Positions 38,202 to 48,756 of a stretch of 64,000 nucleotides of DNA are shown here, one piece after another. Numbering within the stretch: position 1 is the stretch's first letter; each line of letters starts with the position of its first letter. Below the pieces are notes generated by a model. That model was not told where the DNA came from, searched no databases, and saw nothing but the letters and a program-made list of their open reading frames with translations. The position numbers were made by a program, and so were the translations under genes. This stretch comes from a virus. Lineage: Duplodnaviria; Caudoviricetes. Where the stretch lies: positions 4,111 through 68,110 of IMG/VR virus record IMGVR_UViG_3300022548_000175. One strand, given 5' to 3'.

Positions 38202-38693
38202 ATGGCGCTAACATATGAAAATTATGTAAATTCTCTCAGATCTTATATTAAAGATTCTGAACTTAAAAACATTCTTCTTAAATACGCCAAGGAGAATACG
38301 GATGAAGAACTTGGCATGTATATTCAAATGGCGATGAGTTTTTTAAGATCTATCCCCCCGTTCGTGATTGATTTTGATTATGCAAACTTTCCGTTTCCAT
38401 CGCTTATTGTTCATCAGGCAGCCATAGAGTGCATGATATCTAATGGAATATTACACGCAAGGAATGAATTAACATATAATAACGGCGGTATAACATTAAA
38501 AGTTTTTGATTCACAAAGATATATAAATTTTATTAACGCGCTTCTTCGATTAACGGATTTTGAAATTCAAAACTTTACAAAATTAAAAATTGCTATCAAT
38601 ATTAACGGGTCTTTTGGCGGGATTTATAGTCCATATTCATATTTGCATTCAAGACAACAAATTCTAAATCCAAATAGTATTCTTGATGGATAG
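38202..38693 (+). CDS. Putative head-tail adaptor/neck protein (start MALTYEN)
   Basis: Position after capsid gene; helical protein with NELTYNNGGIT motif. Confidence 0.6.
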   Translation: MALTYENYVNSLRSYIKDSELKNILLKYAKENTDEELGMYIQMAMSFLRSIPPFVIDFDYANFPFPSLIVHQAAIECMISNGILHARNELTYNNGGITLKVFDSQRYINFINALLRLTDFEIQNFTKLKIAININGSFGGIYSPYSYLHSRQQILNPNSILDG

Positions 38694-38702
38694 GAGTTAT
38701 TT

Positions 38703-39272
38703 ATGTCTATTATAACGGCTGAAGATATTGACAGGCTTGCAAAAGCAAGCTCAAAATTTGCCAGAATGATTAAATGCGCGGAAGATGGGCTTCCTTTTGA
38801 TGAAAACGTGCCAGGCTCACAACAGCCTGAAAATCAAAATGTCGCCAATGAAGGCGCATATATGATGAATAATGCGCAGCCACAACAGAATCAAAATATA
38901 TCACAAGGATATGCTGATGAATATGTTGCGGTTCCAGAAGAAGAAATGGTAAATGAAGAAGAGCCGGTTGAAAACGCTCCCGAAGATGTTGGCGCAAGAG
39001 CCGCACAATCATTTTTAGCCCCATTTTTTGACGCGGCAATAAATGGCGATCAGGCCGCGCAGGATGTTATTGCGAGAGCCGCAGGGCACATAGCAAGCTC
39101 TACCGCTCAAGCATATTCTTCTTCTATACAGGATATGCAGGCAAACATGCAAGACATGCCTCAAAACGCCGATCAAAATATGGATGAAGAATTAATCGCA
39201 AATCCTGAAGAAGAAATAGCAAGTTTTGTCGTTCCTATTAAAAATGAAAACACTCAAAATGGAAATGGTTAA
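38703..39272 (+). CDS. Acidic hypothetical protein
   Basis: LAKASS/MIKCAE motifs; low-complexity Q/E/N. Confidence 0.55.
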   Translation: MSIITAEDIDRLAKASSKFARMIKCAEDGLPFDENVPGSQQPENQNVANEGAYMMNNAQPQQNQNISQGYADEYVAVPEEEMVNEEEPVENAPEDVGARAAQSFLAPFFDAAINGDQAAQDVIARAAGHIASSTAQAYSSSIQDMQANMQDMPQNADQNMDEELIANPEEEIASFVVPIKNENTQNGNG

Positions 39273-39360
39273 ACCGCATTATAAAAGACGCAACTTAGTG
39301 AACAATTATTTTATGGATGGACAATAGTTCATCCATTTTTTATTTTTAAAGGGGGAGTTT

Positions 39361-39927
39361 ATGAAAATTACAAAAAATTTTTTTTTCTATGAATTTGGAC
39401 CGTCTGGGTGTAAAAAAGATTGGGCCCCTAATAATGAATTTCAAAAAAGATTAATTATTGATCTTGCGACAAATCTTCAAATTTTAAGAGATATTGCAAA
39501 AGTCCCTATAAACATATCGTGCGGCATTAGAACTATAGAAGATCATTATCGCCTTCAAGGCTCAGGTTATCATCCATCAGAAACAAGCGATCATTTCTTT
39601 GGCGTCGCCGTTCCAATAAAACCAACGAGTCCAAAATATTCAAAATTTGGCGGTACATATAATTTTTCAGTCGGCGCCGTTGATTGCGTGCCTGTAGGAA
39701 TTTCAGTCCAAAAATTTTTTAAAATTTCAATGAAATCATATATAGATTCAAAAACAAAATTCGGTCAAATTATTTATGAAAAAGACCCCATTAGAAATGT
39801 TGAATGGGTCCATCTTAGCAATTTTTATGAAAATTATTTTTCATATGCAATAGTTCAATGGCTTGGAAAACATAAATTTATGCAATCAATTGATGGCGGA
39901 AAGACTTACACAATAGCGTCGCTTTAA
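39361..39927 (+). CDS. Peptidase M15-like (endolysin-type) protein
   Basis: MKITKNFFFYEF, LQILRD...INISCGIR, SDH, AVD, WVHLS. Confidence 0.75.
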   Translation: MKITKNFFFYEFGPSGCKKDWAPNNEFQKRLIIDLATNLQILRDIAKVPINISCGIRTIEDHYRLQGSGYHPSETSDHFFGVAVPIKPTSPKYSKFGGTYNFSVGAVDCVPVGISVQKFFKISMKSYIDSKTKFGQIIYEKDPIRNVEWVHLSNFYENYFSYAIVQWLGKHKFMQSIDGGKTYTIASL

Positions 39928-39938
39928 AAGGAGAAAAA

Positions 39939-40811
39939 ATGGTCAGTATTATTATTCCGGCTAGAAACGAACAATTTCTTCAAAAAACTATTGATAGTAT
40001 AATTAGCGCCGCAAAAGGTGATTATGAAATTATAGCCGGCCTTGATGGTTATCTACCACAGCCTCCTTTAAAAGAGCATCCAAAGCTCAAGTTTATATAT
40101 GAAACCGAAAGTATTGGAATGCGCCCGATAATTAACGAAATGATTAATATCGCGCATGGCGAATTTATTATGAAAGCGGACGCTCATTGCCTTTTTAGCG
40201 AGGGTTTTGACGTTGTATTATCAAAAAACTGCGAAGATAATTGGATAGTTATTCCAAGACAATATTCTCTTGATCCTGATAATTGGACAAGAAATTTAAA
40301 TAAGCCGTTTGTTGATTATTGGTATTTATCGGCGCCAAATACGGCCCCAGAGCATGAGCTCGGCTCTCAAAATAGGGGCCTGCACGGTACCCGATGGCAT
40401 GAATATAAAAATCGCCCTGGAGCGTCAGAAAAACAAATTGATGATACAATGTCATTTCAAGGGTCGTGCTGGTTTATGTCAAAAAAACACGCGGAAAATA
40501 TAGGGGTGATGGATCAAGAAAGTTATGGCAATTTTGCTTATGAAGCCGTTGAGCTTGGCATGAAAACATGGATGTCGGGCGGAAGAGTTGTTGTTAATAA
40601 AAAGGCGTGGTTTGCCCATTTACATAAAGGAAAGCGTTTTGGAAGAGGGTATTTTCTTTCAAAAAGATCTGTAACTATGGCGGCTAAATATTGCATTGAT
40701 ACGTGGATGAATAATAAATGGCCAAAATCAATTCATGATATGAAATGGCTTGTTGATAAATTCGCTCCTGTACCAACATGGGAAAATTTTGACTGGTCAA
40801 AAAAATGGTAA
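39939..40811 (+). CDS. Glycosyltransferase family 2
   Basis: SIIIPARNE, IMKADAH (DxD-like), GSCWFM, ELGMKTW. Confidence 0.85.
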   Translation: MVSIIIPARNEQFLQKTIDSIISAAKGDYEIIAGLDGYLPQPPLKEHPKLKFIYETESIGMRPIINEMINIAHGEFIMKADAHCLFSEGFDVVLSKNCEDNWIVIPRQYSLDPDNWTRNLNKPFVDYWYLSAPNTAPEHELGSQNRGLHGTRWHEYKNRPGASEKQIDDTMSFQGSCWFMSKKHAENIGVMDQESYGNFAYEAVELGMKTWMSGGRVVVNKKAWFAHLHKGKRFGRGYFLSKRSVTMAAKYCIDTWMNNKWPKSIHDMKWLVDKFAPVPTWENFDWSKKW

Positions 40812-40827
40812 TTGTTAAGGAGGAAAA

Positions 40828-41433
40828 ATGGTAAAAGAATGGCTTCATGAACAATGCGCAAAAAAAAGCGAACAAGTTACCCCAATATGTGTTTATAAAT
40901 ATCCAGGACGTCTTGTGAGAGAGGGTTTGGCGTCATGGTTCAAAATGTGGGGGTTTAAAAATGGCGTTGAAATAGGGACTCGTGAAGGAAAATTTGCGGA
41001 AGTTCTTTTAAATACAATTCCTGACCTTCAATTAACATGCGTTGATCCGTGGTCAACGCATGATTATAGATCGCGCCTTATAGGCCAAGAGCAACAAGAT
41101 ATATATTATCAAACATGCGTAAAAAATCTTTCAAAATTTGGAGAACGAGTCAAAATAATGAAAACGTTCAGCATGAACGCCGTTCAAGAATTTAAAGACA
41201 ATTCCCTTGACTTTGTATATATTGACGGTTCTCATGAATTTGACGACGTCATGCGTGATATCATTGAATGGGCTAAAAAAGTCAGGCCTGATGGTATAGT
41301 ATCAGGACATGACTATTATAGATTTAAAAGAGCCGGTGTTGTACAAGCTGTTGATTTATATACACATATGCATAAAATTGATGAATGGTATATTACTGAC
41401 GAAAGAGAGCCTACATGGTTCTGGGCAAAATAA
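40828..41433 (+). CDS. Class I SAM-dependent methyltransferase (Methyltransf_24-like)
   Basis: VEIGTREG, VDPW, YIDGSH, SGHDY. Confidence 0.85.
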   Translation: MVKEWLHEQCAKKSEQVTPICVYKYPGRLVREGLASWFKMWGFKNGVEIGTREGKFAEVLLNTIPDLQLTCVDPWSTHDYRSRLIGQEQQDIYYQTCVKNLSKFGERVKIMKTFSMNAVQEFKDNSLDFVYIDGSHEFDDVMRDIIEWAKKVRPDGIVSGHDYYRFKRAGVVQAVDLYTHMHKIDEWYITDEREPTWFWAK

Positions 41434-41960
41434 TTTCAACAACTCTTAAACAAGAAGTTTTATCAAAATATAAAACCGAAATATTTATTGAAACCGGAAC
41501 AGCCTGCGGTGGCGGCGTAAAAATAGCTTTATCCGTTGGGTTTTCAAAAATATTTAGTATTGAAATAAATAAAGATTTATACCTGGCTAATCTTGAAAAA
41601 TTTAAAAATAATAAAGAAGTGATTTTAATACATGGAGATTCTGGTCTTGAATTTCCATCTCTTATTTCAAAAATAGATCGGCAAGCTACGTTTTGGCTTG
41701 ACGCGCATTTTCATAAAAGAAAACAGGTTATACGAACATGGTGCCCATTATATGAAGAGCTTCAGGCGATATCGACGTCTCCAATTAAAAATCATATAAT
41801 TATGATTGATGATATGAGGGTTTTTGGAAATTCAATGTGGGGAAAAAGAGTTTCAAAGGAAAAGGTTATTGAAAAAATATTGTCAATAAATCCAAATTAT
41901 AAAATTACATATGAAGACAATACAATGGCTGAAAAAGATGTTTTAGTCGCAACAATATAA
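41415..41960 (+). CDS. SAM-dependent methyltransferase-like protein
   Basis: IFIETGT, SIEIN, GDS, FWLDAH, MIDDMR. Confidence 0.7.
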   Translation: MVLGKIISTTLKQEVLSKYKTEIFIETGTACGGGVKIALSVGFSKIFSIEINKDLYLANLEKFKNNKEVILIHGDSGLEFPSLISKIDRQATFWLDAHFHKRKQVIRTWCPLYEELQAISTSPIKNHIIMIDDMRVFGNSMWGKRVSKEKVIEKILSINPNYKITYEDNTMAEKDVLVATI

Positions 41961-41989
41961 ACCGCCCTTCCTGAAATGGTTGGGCTTCT

Positions 41990-42883
41990 TTGCTAAAAAT
42001 TATGAAAATATTTATTAAAACAATAGCGGCGAATTCATTTTGTTATTCAAAAATATCCGAAGCTATAAAGCGGTTTTCGCCTTCTAATTATGAATTTATA
42101 AATAATCCTAAAAACGCGGATCTTTTTATACTTTTTATAAACGGACGATTTCACCATTTTACATTATTTATTGAAGAATTTAAAAAGCCATATGTTGTTT
42201 TTCAAAGCTGCATAAGAAGCACAAGACATAAACACACATCAGTATGGCGTTATATGTGGGAAAATGCAAAATTAGTTTGGAGTTATTACCCCTTAAATAA
42301 ATATATTAAAGACGATGGTGGTAATTGGTCAATTCCAAATTTTTACCACTCTCCGCTCGGGGCTGATGAAACAATTTTCACAATGGATGAAACTAAAACA
42401 AAACGATTTATTACAATGAGTTCCGGGTGGGACGAGTCTCTTGATAATAACTCAGAACATATTAAAGAAGTTCACATTGCCGCCGGAATAGCTCAAAAAG
42501 AAGTGTTTCATCTTGGAAAATTTGATAATCATCCTCCTCATGTTTTTGTTGAACATAATATAAGCGATCACGATCTTGCGTTAAGATATCAAGAGTGCCA
42601 TTCTGTTGTAGGATTAAGAAAAATAGAGGCGTTTGAAATGCCTTTAATTGAGGGTTTATTTTGCGGCATACGCCCTATTGTTTTTGATAGACCACATTAT
42701 AGACTTTGGCATGATCAATGGGGTATTTTTATTCCAGAATCAAGCCCTGGAAATATTATTACAAATTTATTGGAGATTTTTAATAATGGCATACAACCTA
42801 TTACAAAAAAAGAGCGGGAAGAAGCCGTTTCTATGTTTAACTGGAAAAAAATTATTAATGGTTTTTGGGAGCGATTAAAATGA
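41990..42883 (+). CDS. GT-B fold (GT4-like) glycosyltransferase
   Basis: EAFEMPLIEGLFCGIRPIVFD motif. Confidence 0.7.
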   Translation: MLKIMKIFIKTIAANSFCYSKISEAIKRFSPSNYEFINNPKNADLFILFINGRFHHFTLFIEEFKKPYVVFQSCIRSTRHKHTSVWRYMWENAKLVWSYYPLNKYIKDDGGNWSIPNFYHSPLGADETIFTMDETKTKRFITMSSGWDESLDNNSEHIKEVHIAAGIAQKEVFHLGKFDNHPPHVFVEHNISDHDLALRYQECHSVVGLRKIEAFEMPLIEGLFCGIRPIVFDRPHYRLWHDQWGIFIPESSPGNIITNLLEIFNNGIQPITKKEREEAVSMFNWKKIINGFWERLK

Positions 42884-43824
42884 TGCCTGATCTTAGCGTT
42901 ATAATACCGGCAAGAAACGAAGAATGGGTTTATTATACAATTCATGATATAATAAATCATTCAAAATTAAATACGGAAGCTATTGTCATTCTTGATGGAT
43001 ATATGCCTAATGATATCCCCAAAAGCCCAAAAGTAAAAATTATTTATCATAGCGAATCAATTGGACAAAGAGCGGCGACAAATGAAGGGGTAAAAATAAG
43101 CAATGCAAAATATATTATGAAATTAGACGCCCACTGCGCACTTGATGACGGATTTGATATAAAATTAATTTCAGAAATGAAGCCTGAATACACAATGGTA
43201 CCAAGAATGTACAATCTTCATGTATTTGATTGGAAATGCATGAAATGTGGAGATAGAAGATATATGGGGCCGTTGCCGACAAATTGCCCACAATGCGATA
43301 ATACGACTGATTTTAAGAAAAAATTGGTATGGAAGCCAAGATTAAGCAGACGATCTGACTTTATGAGATTTGATAATACGCTTCATTTTCAATATTGGAA
43401 AAATTATGAAAAACGTCCGGAGGCTCAAGCGGATATTGCAGACCAAATGTGTTGCATAGGCGCATGCTGGCTAATGGAGCGCGAAAAATATTGGGAACTT
43501 GACGGCCTTGATGAAAAACATGGCAGTTGGGGGCAAATGGGGGTTGAAATCGCTTGTAAATCGTGGCTTTCAGGCGGAAAACAAGTTGTTAATAAAAAAA
43601 CATGGTTTGCTCATATGTTTCGTACTCAGCCAGGGTTTGGGTTTCCATATCCAAATCCTGGAATTGGGGCAAGAAAATATTCTCGAGATTTATGGATAAA
43701 TAATAAATGGCCAAAAGCAAAATATCCATTATCTTGGCTTCTTGAAAAGTTTTGGCCTGTTGAAGGATGGACTAGCGAAGATCTTGAAAATCTTAAAAAT
43801 GGAACGTTTATTATACCTCAATAA
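42880..43824 (+). CDS. Glycosyltransferase family 2 (paralogue of 39939) with CxxC..CxxC insert
   Basis: SVIIPARNE, MKLDAH, CMKC..CPQC, GACWLM. Confidence 0.85.
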   Translation: MMPDLSVIIPARNEEWVYYTIHDIINHSKLNTEAIVILDGYMPNDIPKSPKVKIIYHSESIGQRAATNEGVKISNAKYIMKLDAHCALDDGFDIKLISEMKPEYTMVPRMYNLHVFDWKCMKCGDRRYMGPLPTNCPQCDNTTDFKKKLVWKPRLSRRSDFMRFDNTLHFQYWKNYEKRPEAQADIADQMCCIGACWLMEREKYWELDGLDEKHGSWGQMGVEIACKSWLSGGKQVVNKKTWFAHMFRTQPGFGFPYPNPGIGARKYSRDLWINNKWPKAKYPLSWLLEKFWPVEGWTSEDLENLKNGTFIIPQ

Positions 43825-43853
43825 AATTTTTATATCCAATAAAGGAGGAGTAT

Positions 43854-44120
43854 ATGCCGTGGAAAGAAGCTGATTTAATAGCCGATTTACAATCTAAATA
43901 TAAAGCGGTAGGGACACCAAATGTTCTGGAGCATTCAGATGAAAAAAATATAACATGGCTGTCTGTAAATGTTTTTGACGTCGCAGAATATAAAAACATC
44001 CCCATCGCACACCGTAAAAACATCGAATATTACGTTTTCCATCGTGGCGAGCCAAACGAAGAAGCTTATTATAAAGATTGGGAACCGCCAAAAATAGCCG
44101 ATTCTGTAGCAAAAATATAG
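43854..44120 (+). CDS. Hypothetical protein
   Basis: RBS AAGGAGGAG; 88 aa. Confidence 0.6.
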   Translation: MPWKEADLIADLQSKYKAVGTPNVLEHSDEKNITWLSVNVFDVAEYKNIPIAHRKNIEYYVFHRGEPNEEAYYKDWEPPKIADSVAKI

Positions 44121-44138
44121 GAATAATAAAATATAAAT

Positions 44139-47100
44139 ATGGCTAAAATATTATCAACAGCGTTTCAACTCAATAATTCCACTGGGAATCAGGATATCAT
44201 TATCCCCGGTATAAATGGTGAAACTGTCAAAGCCGCACGGATTATAGCTGTCTGCGCTACATCCCAAGACATTAATAATGATCATTTATTTATGTCTCAT
44301 GGGTATACTGATGGAACACGCCAGCACTACGTATTTATGGCGTGTAGAGATAATGTAAATCCACAAAGAAGTTTGCGGGGATATAATAATGACGCCGTTA
44401 TATTTCTTCACAGCGTCACTGGTGGTATATATGCAAAAGCGTCATTTGTATCTTTCATTACAAACGGTATTCGCATAAACGTCACCACAGCTCCTTCAAG
44501 TAAAATTTGGTGCCTACTTCAATTATTTGCTGGAGACGATATTTCAACATATGTTACGGCGTTTAATCCGTCGACGTCTATCAACGGCACGGTGACGATT
44601 ACGCCCGGATTCCAATCAGATATTATTTATTTTGGATCGGCGAGTTCATCCGAAACAAATGATGGTGGGTTGGCATGGATCAACAATTCAGAAGGAATCG
44701 CCGTTAGAAATAGTAATCAGGCGTGCATATTCCATTCAATGAGTGATAACATTTCACCATCACTGGCTGATGGCTCGACAATAAATAACCGCGTCGCGAG
44801 GATAGATAACGCCACATTTGAATTAACGTCAATTACAAGCACACAATTTGTTGTTACAACAAGAGACAGCACGGTATCATCCGGTCGTTTTATTATTTGT
44901 CTTGCAATTAAAATCGCAAATGGCGACGCTTCATTGCAGTTTATTGACTCGCCAACGTCAACAGGTAATATATTATATACTAACGCCGGATTTAAGCCAA
45001 CTATTGTAGAAATAGTTGGAAGCCAAGCTCAAGCATATAATGCCTGGTATGATGATGGGCGGGCAGGCGCCTGGTTCTATTACCTGAAAGATGGTAATTC
45101 AGAAAATACCATTGCGACAGGGGCGCGAGACGGCGTATCTACAAGCGACTCTTTTGTTCGCAATGAAATAAACAAACTTATTCATGTTGATCATACACAG
45201 ACGACAAGACATCAGGCTACGTTTATAGAATTTACTTCTAACGGCATTATTCTTAATTTTTCTACCACGGATAGTGCAGTAAGAAAATGGTTTATATTAT
45301 ACATAAAAGAATCTACAGGTACTCCATTAAATCCGTCTCAATGGGGAAGAAAATGTAAATTAACTATAAATCACACAAAAGTATATGAAGATTTGACCAA
45401 TTTTCCCGTCTGTTTAACAAAAGATAACGTTCCATCTGAAATGTTGACGTCCGGCGGCGCATATAGCTGCAAGCCTGACGGCTCAGACATTCGTATATCT
45501 ATGGACTCGGCGGGGACTATTGAATGCCCTATCGAGATAGTCGTTTGTTCTCTAAATAGTAATCCTGCAAACTCATTGTTTGAAGCGCATGTTAAATTGC
45601 CGGCAGTTTCATCAAGTACTGATACAACATTTTATATCTGGTACAATAATCCATCGGCGGTAGGATATGGCAATAATGAGACTTATGGACGCAACAGTGT
45701 TTGGAATAATGATTATGTGTATGTTTCTCATTGCCAATCAAATGATTGCATTGATAGTGCAGGAAATCATAGCAGCGGCTCTCCTCAGAACAATGTAGCG
45801 ACAGCCCCTGGCGTTCAGCAAAATGGCCTTTATCATGACGCTCCAAATAAACTTACAAGAATTCAAGACCATCCTCTTACCAGAATAAATAATCTTTGGA
45901 CATCTTTGCATGGATTTGCACTGGAAGCGTGGGCAAAAACCGATTCTAACTTTAATCCTAATACGGTAGATAACCATTTTTTAAGACGAACATTTATATC
46001 AAAAGGAGCAGATTGGTTTACAAATTATAAACAACATTATGCATTTGGTTTTTGGGATATTGATACATTAGGTTTAGAATATCATGGAGGCAATAATTGG
46101 CAAATCCTAAAACCTAACTCATCACCAGAAGGGTCGTGGGCTTCAAATGTTCAATATTACATTGCAGTCCGAATGACAAAAACTGGCTCAAGTAATCGTA
46201 AATATACATTTGTTATACGTCAACCATCTGGATTTCGTAATGAAACAGAACAAACAGCTCCAGCAGATCCAGATGATCCATCGTCTGGAATACAAAATAG
46301 CTTAAATATTGGAGGGCACACCACCGATTCTGGTACTATATATCAATCTTGGTCAACCGGAGGAATAATACTTGATGAGGTGCGAATAAGCCAAATCGAG
46401 CGCTCCGTTAACTGGCTGAAAACAACTTATGAGACTATTGGAGATCCATCAAATTTTATAACAGAAGGAACCCCAGGGCCGCCTATATCACCATCAGCAT
46501 CCGAATCAGCATCTGAGTCGGCGTCTGAATCAGCATCTGAGTCGGCGTCTATTTCCCCATCAGCGTCAGAGTCAGCATCAGAGTCTGCATCCGAATCATC
46601 ATCTGAGTCGGCTTCAGAATCAGCGTCTATTTCTCCATCAGCATCTGAATCTGCGTCTGAATCAGCCTCGGAATCTGCATCTATATCTCCATCAGCATCT
46701 GAGTCAGCGTCAGAGTCGGCGTCAGAATCCGCATCTGAATCAGCCTCGGAATCTGCATCTATATCTCCATCAGCATCTGAGTCAGCGTCAGAGTCGGCGT
46801 CAGAATCCGCATCTGAATCAGCCTCGGAATCTGCATCTATTTCTCCGTCAGCGTCTGAGTCAGCGTCAGAGTCATCATCTGAGTCGGCGTCTATTTCCCC
46901 ATCAGCATCAGAATCGGCATCAGAGTCAGCCTCGGAATCTGCGTCTGAGTCTATGTCTGAATCGGCGTCAGAGTCGTCATCTATATCCCCATCAGCGTCC
47001 GAATCTTCGTCAGAATCAGCGTCAGAATCGGCGTCTATATCCCCGTCGGCATCTGAATCCGCATCAGAGTCATCGTCTATTTCCCCATCAGCATCAGAAT

Positions 47101-48221
47101 CGGAGTCTGAATCTGCATCAGAATCAGAATCTGTTTCCCCGTCAGCGTCAGAATCAGCATCTGAATCCGCGTCTGAGTCGGCGTCAGAGTCAGCGTCTAT
47201 TTCTCCGTCAGCGTCTGAGTCGGCGTCTGAGTCGGCGTCTGAGTCGGCGTCTCCATCTCAATCAGAATCAGAGTCAGCATCTGAGTCGGCGTCAGAATCA
47301 GCATCTGAGTCGGCGTCAGAATCAGCCTCGACGTCAGCATCTGAGTCTGCATCAGAATCCATATCAGAATCTGCATCTATTTCTCCGTCAGCATCTGAGT
47401 CAGCGTCGGTATCAGCTTCAGAGTCGGCATCAGAGTCGATGTCTGAGTCAGCGTCTATTTCTCCATCAGAATCTGAGTCGTCGTCAGCGTCAGCATCCGA
47501 ATCTGAATCGGAATCAACCTCTGCGTCCGCGTCCGAATCAATGTCAGAATCGGCTTCGATGTCGGCGTCCGAGTCAGCGTCTCCGTCCCCATCAGAATCA
47601 GAATCGGAATCGGAATCGGAATCAGCGTCCGAGTCGGCGTCTGAATCCGCCTCAATATCAGAAAGCATGTCAGAATCATATTCAGAGTCGGCGTCTGCGA
47701 GTGCGAGCGAATCATTTTCTATAAGCCAATCCCCTTCTGAGTCGGCTTCCGAATCCTATTCTGAGTCTGCTTCTGAATCCATGTCAGAATCGCAATCAGA
47801 ATCGGCGTCTGAATCTTTTTCAGAAAGCTGGTCTGAAAGTTTTTCAGAATCAGCAAGCGAATCTGAATCAATATCGCAATCAGCGTCATATAGCGCATCA
47901 GCATCAGAATCTGCGTCGGCGTCCGCAAGTCCGTCCGAACCGCCGGAAACATTTTATGATTTAATGGTTTATAAAACTGAAAGAAATTATCATAAAATAA
48001 CTTGGAAGTTTCAGCCTGAAGAAGGTAAACATATTGATGATTATAACTTTATGGTATATTATAGTTTAACACCTCATTGTAATTTTCAGGTATGTCGTGA
48101 TAATAATGGAAATCCTGTGGTTATTGATGGATCCACAAATCCATTAGAATTTATACATGTATTAAAACATTATGATTTTAATAAATGGTATTATTATAAA
48201 ATCAGGGCTATAAAGAAATAA
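44139..48221 (+). CDS. Large fibre/adhesin-like virion protein: beta-rich N-domain, DUF2341-like and LamG/ConA-like domains, ~485-aa Ser-Ala-Ser-Glu repeat, C-terminal FnIII-like module
   Basis: [17 protein letters not shown] (DUF2341-like); LEAWAK..LDEVRIS (LamG-like); SASE repeats. Confidence 0.75.
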   Translation: MAKILSTAFQLNNSTGNQDIIIPGINGETVKAARIIAVCATSQDINNDHLFMSHGYTDGTRQHYVFMACRDNVNPQRSLRGYNNDAVIFLHSVTGGIYAKASFVSFITNGIRINVTTAPSSKIWCLLQLFAGDDISTYVTAFNPSTSINGTVTITPGFQSDIIYFGSASSSETNDGGLAWINNSEGIAVRNSNQACIFHSMSDNISPSLADGSTINNRVARIDNATFELTSITSTQFVVTTRDSTVSSGRFIICLAIKIANGDASLQFIDSPTSTGNILYTNAGFKPTIVEIVGSQAQAYNAWYDDGRAGAWFYYLKDGNSENTIATGARDGVSTSDSFVRNEINKLIHVDHTQTTRHQATFIEFTSNGIILNFSTTDSAVRKWFILYIKESTGTPLNPSQWGRKCKLTINHTKVYEDLTNFPVCLTKDNVPSEMLTSGGAYSCKPDGSDIRISMDSAGTIECPIEIVVCSLNSNPANSLFEAHVKLPAVSSSTDTTFYIWYNNPSAVGYGNNETYGRNSVWNNDYVYVSHCQSNDCIDSAGNHSSGSPQNNVATAPGVQQNGLYHDAPNKLTRIQDHPLTRINNLWTSLHGFALEAWAKTDSNFNPNTVDNHFLRRTFISKGADWFTNYKQHYAFGFWDIDTLGLEYHGGNNWQILKPNSSPEGSWASNVQYYIAVRMTKTGSSNRKYTFVIRQPSGFRNETEQTAPADPDDPSSGIQNSLNIGGHTTDSGTIYQSWSTGGIILDEVRISQIERSVNWLKTTYETIGDPSNFITEGTPGPPISPSASESASESASESASESASISPSASESASESASESSSESASESASISPSASESASESASESASISPSASESASESASESASESASESASISPSASESASESASESASESASESASISPSASESASESSSESASISPSASESASESASESASESMSESASESSSISPSASESSSESASESASISPSASESASESSSISPSASESESESASESESVSPSASESASESASESASESASISPSASESASESASESASPSQSESESASESASESASESASESASTSASESASESISESASISPSASESASVSASESASESMSESASISPSESESSSASASESESESTSASASESMSESASMSASESASPSPSESESESESESASESASESASISESMSESYSESASASASESFSISQSPSESASESYSESASESMSESQSESASESFSESWSESFSESASESESISQSASYSASASESASASASPSEPPETFYDLMVYKTERNYHKITWKFQPEEGKHIDDYNFMVYYSLTPHCNFQVCRDNNGNPVVIDGSTNPLEFIHVLKHYDFNKWYYYKIRAIKK
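46485..47938 (+). repeat. Coding low-complexity repeat (SASE)n punctuated by SISP
   Basis: 12-nt period with synonymous codon variation (tca/tcg/tct/tcc, gca/gcg, gaa/gag). Confidence 0.97.
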
Positions 48222-48595
48222 ATTATTTTAAGGCATATAAAAAAAATTAAGATTGGAGAGCTGGCAATATGAAAGATAAAAATTATTATCGTAGTTTTCG
48301 TGGTGGTATTATTGGCGGGCAGTCATTTGATAATGACGAAAGCGATGTATGGGATGTGCTGCTTGGAAGTCATGATGATTGTGATAATACTGAACAAACA
48401 AATATTGTTGAAGCGCAGGAACTGCCCGACAGCGGCGTTTTTGTTGATGAGCTGGGCGCCGATATTAATTATGAACTTGAATAATTGAAAGGTGGCAGCT
48501 TATGGATATGATAGGCCTATCATTAATAGCTTTGGCGATATGGTGCTTGATTGGGTTTGTGGGCGTTATGTGGAGCGTGTGGAGGGCGACAGAAG

Positions 48596-48742
48596 ATGAC
48601 CGACGCTGAATTATTATATTGGATATACCGAGCGTTAACAGAAGCTCAATCAAAAGGCGTTGGAGAACTGCAATGCGTGGTCGGTGAAATACGATCACGG
48701 ATTGCGGCCCATATTAATACGCATGACGGCGGCAACAGATAA
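48596..48742 (+). CDS. Small hypothetical protein in an inserted cassette
   Basis: MTDAELLYWIYRALTEAQ...; overlaps a preceding 35-aa TM ORF. Confidence 0.4.
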   Translation: MTDAELLYWIYRALTEAQSKGVGELQCVVGEIRSRIAAHINTHDGGNR

Positions 48743-48756
48743 AAAAGGGGAATATA

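Noticed and set aside
47258-47952. Asp/Ala/Ser-rich antisense ORFs
   Set aside because: They are reverse-strand shadows of the SASE coding repeat.
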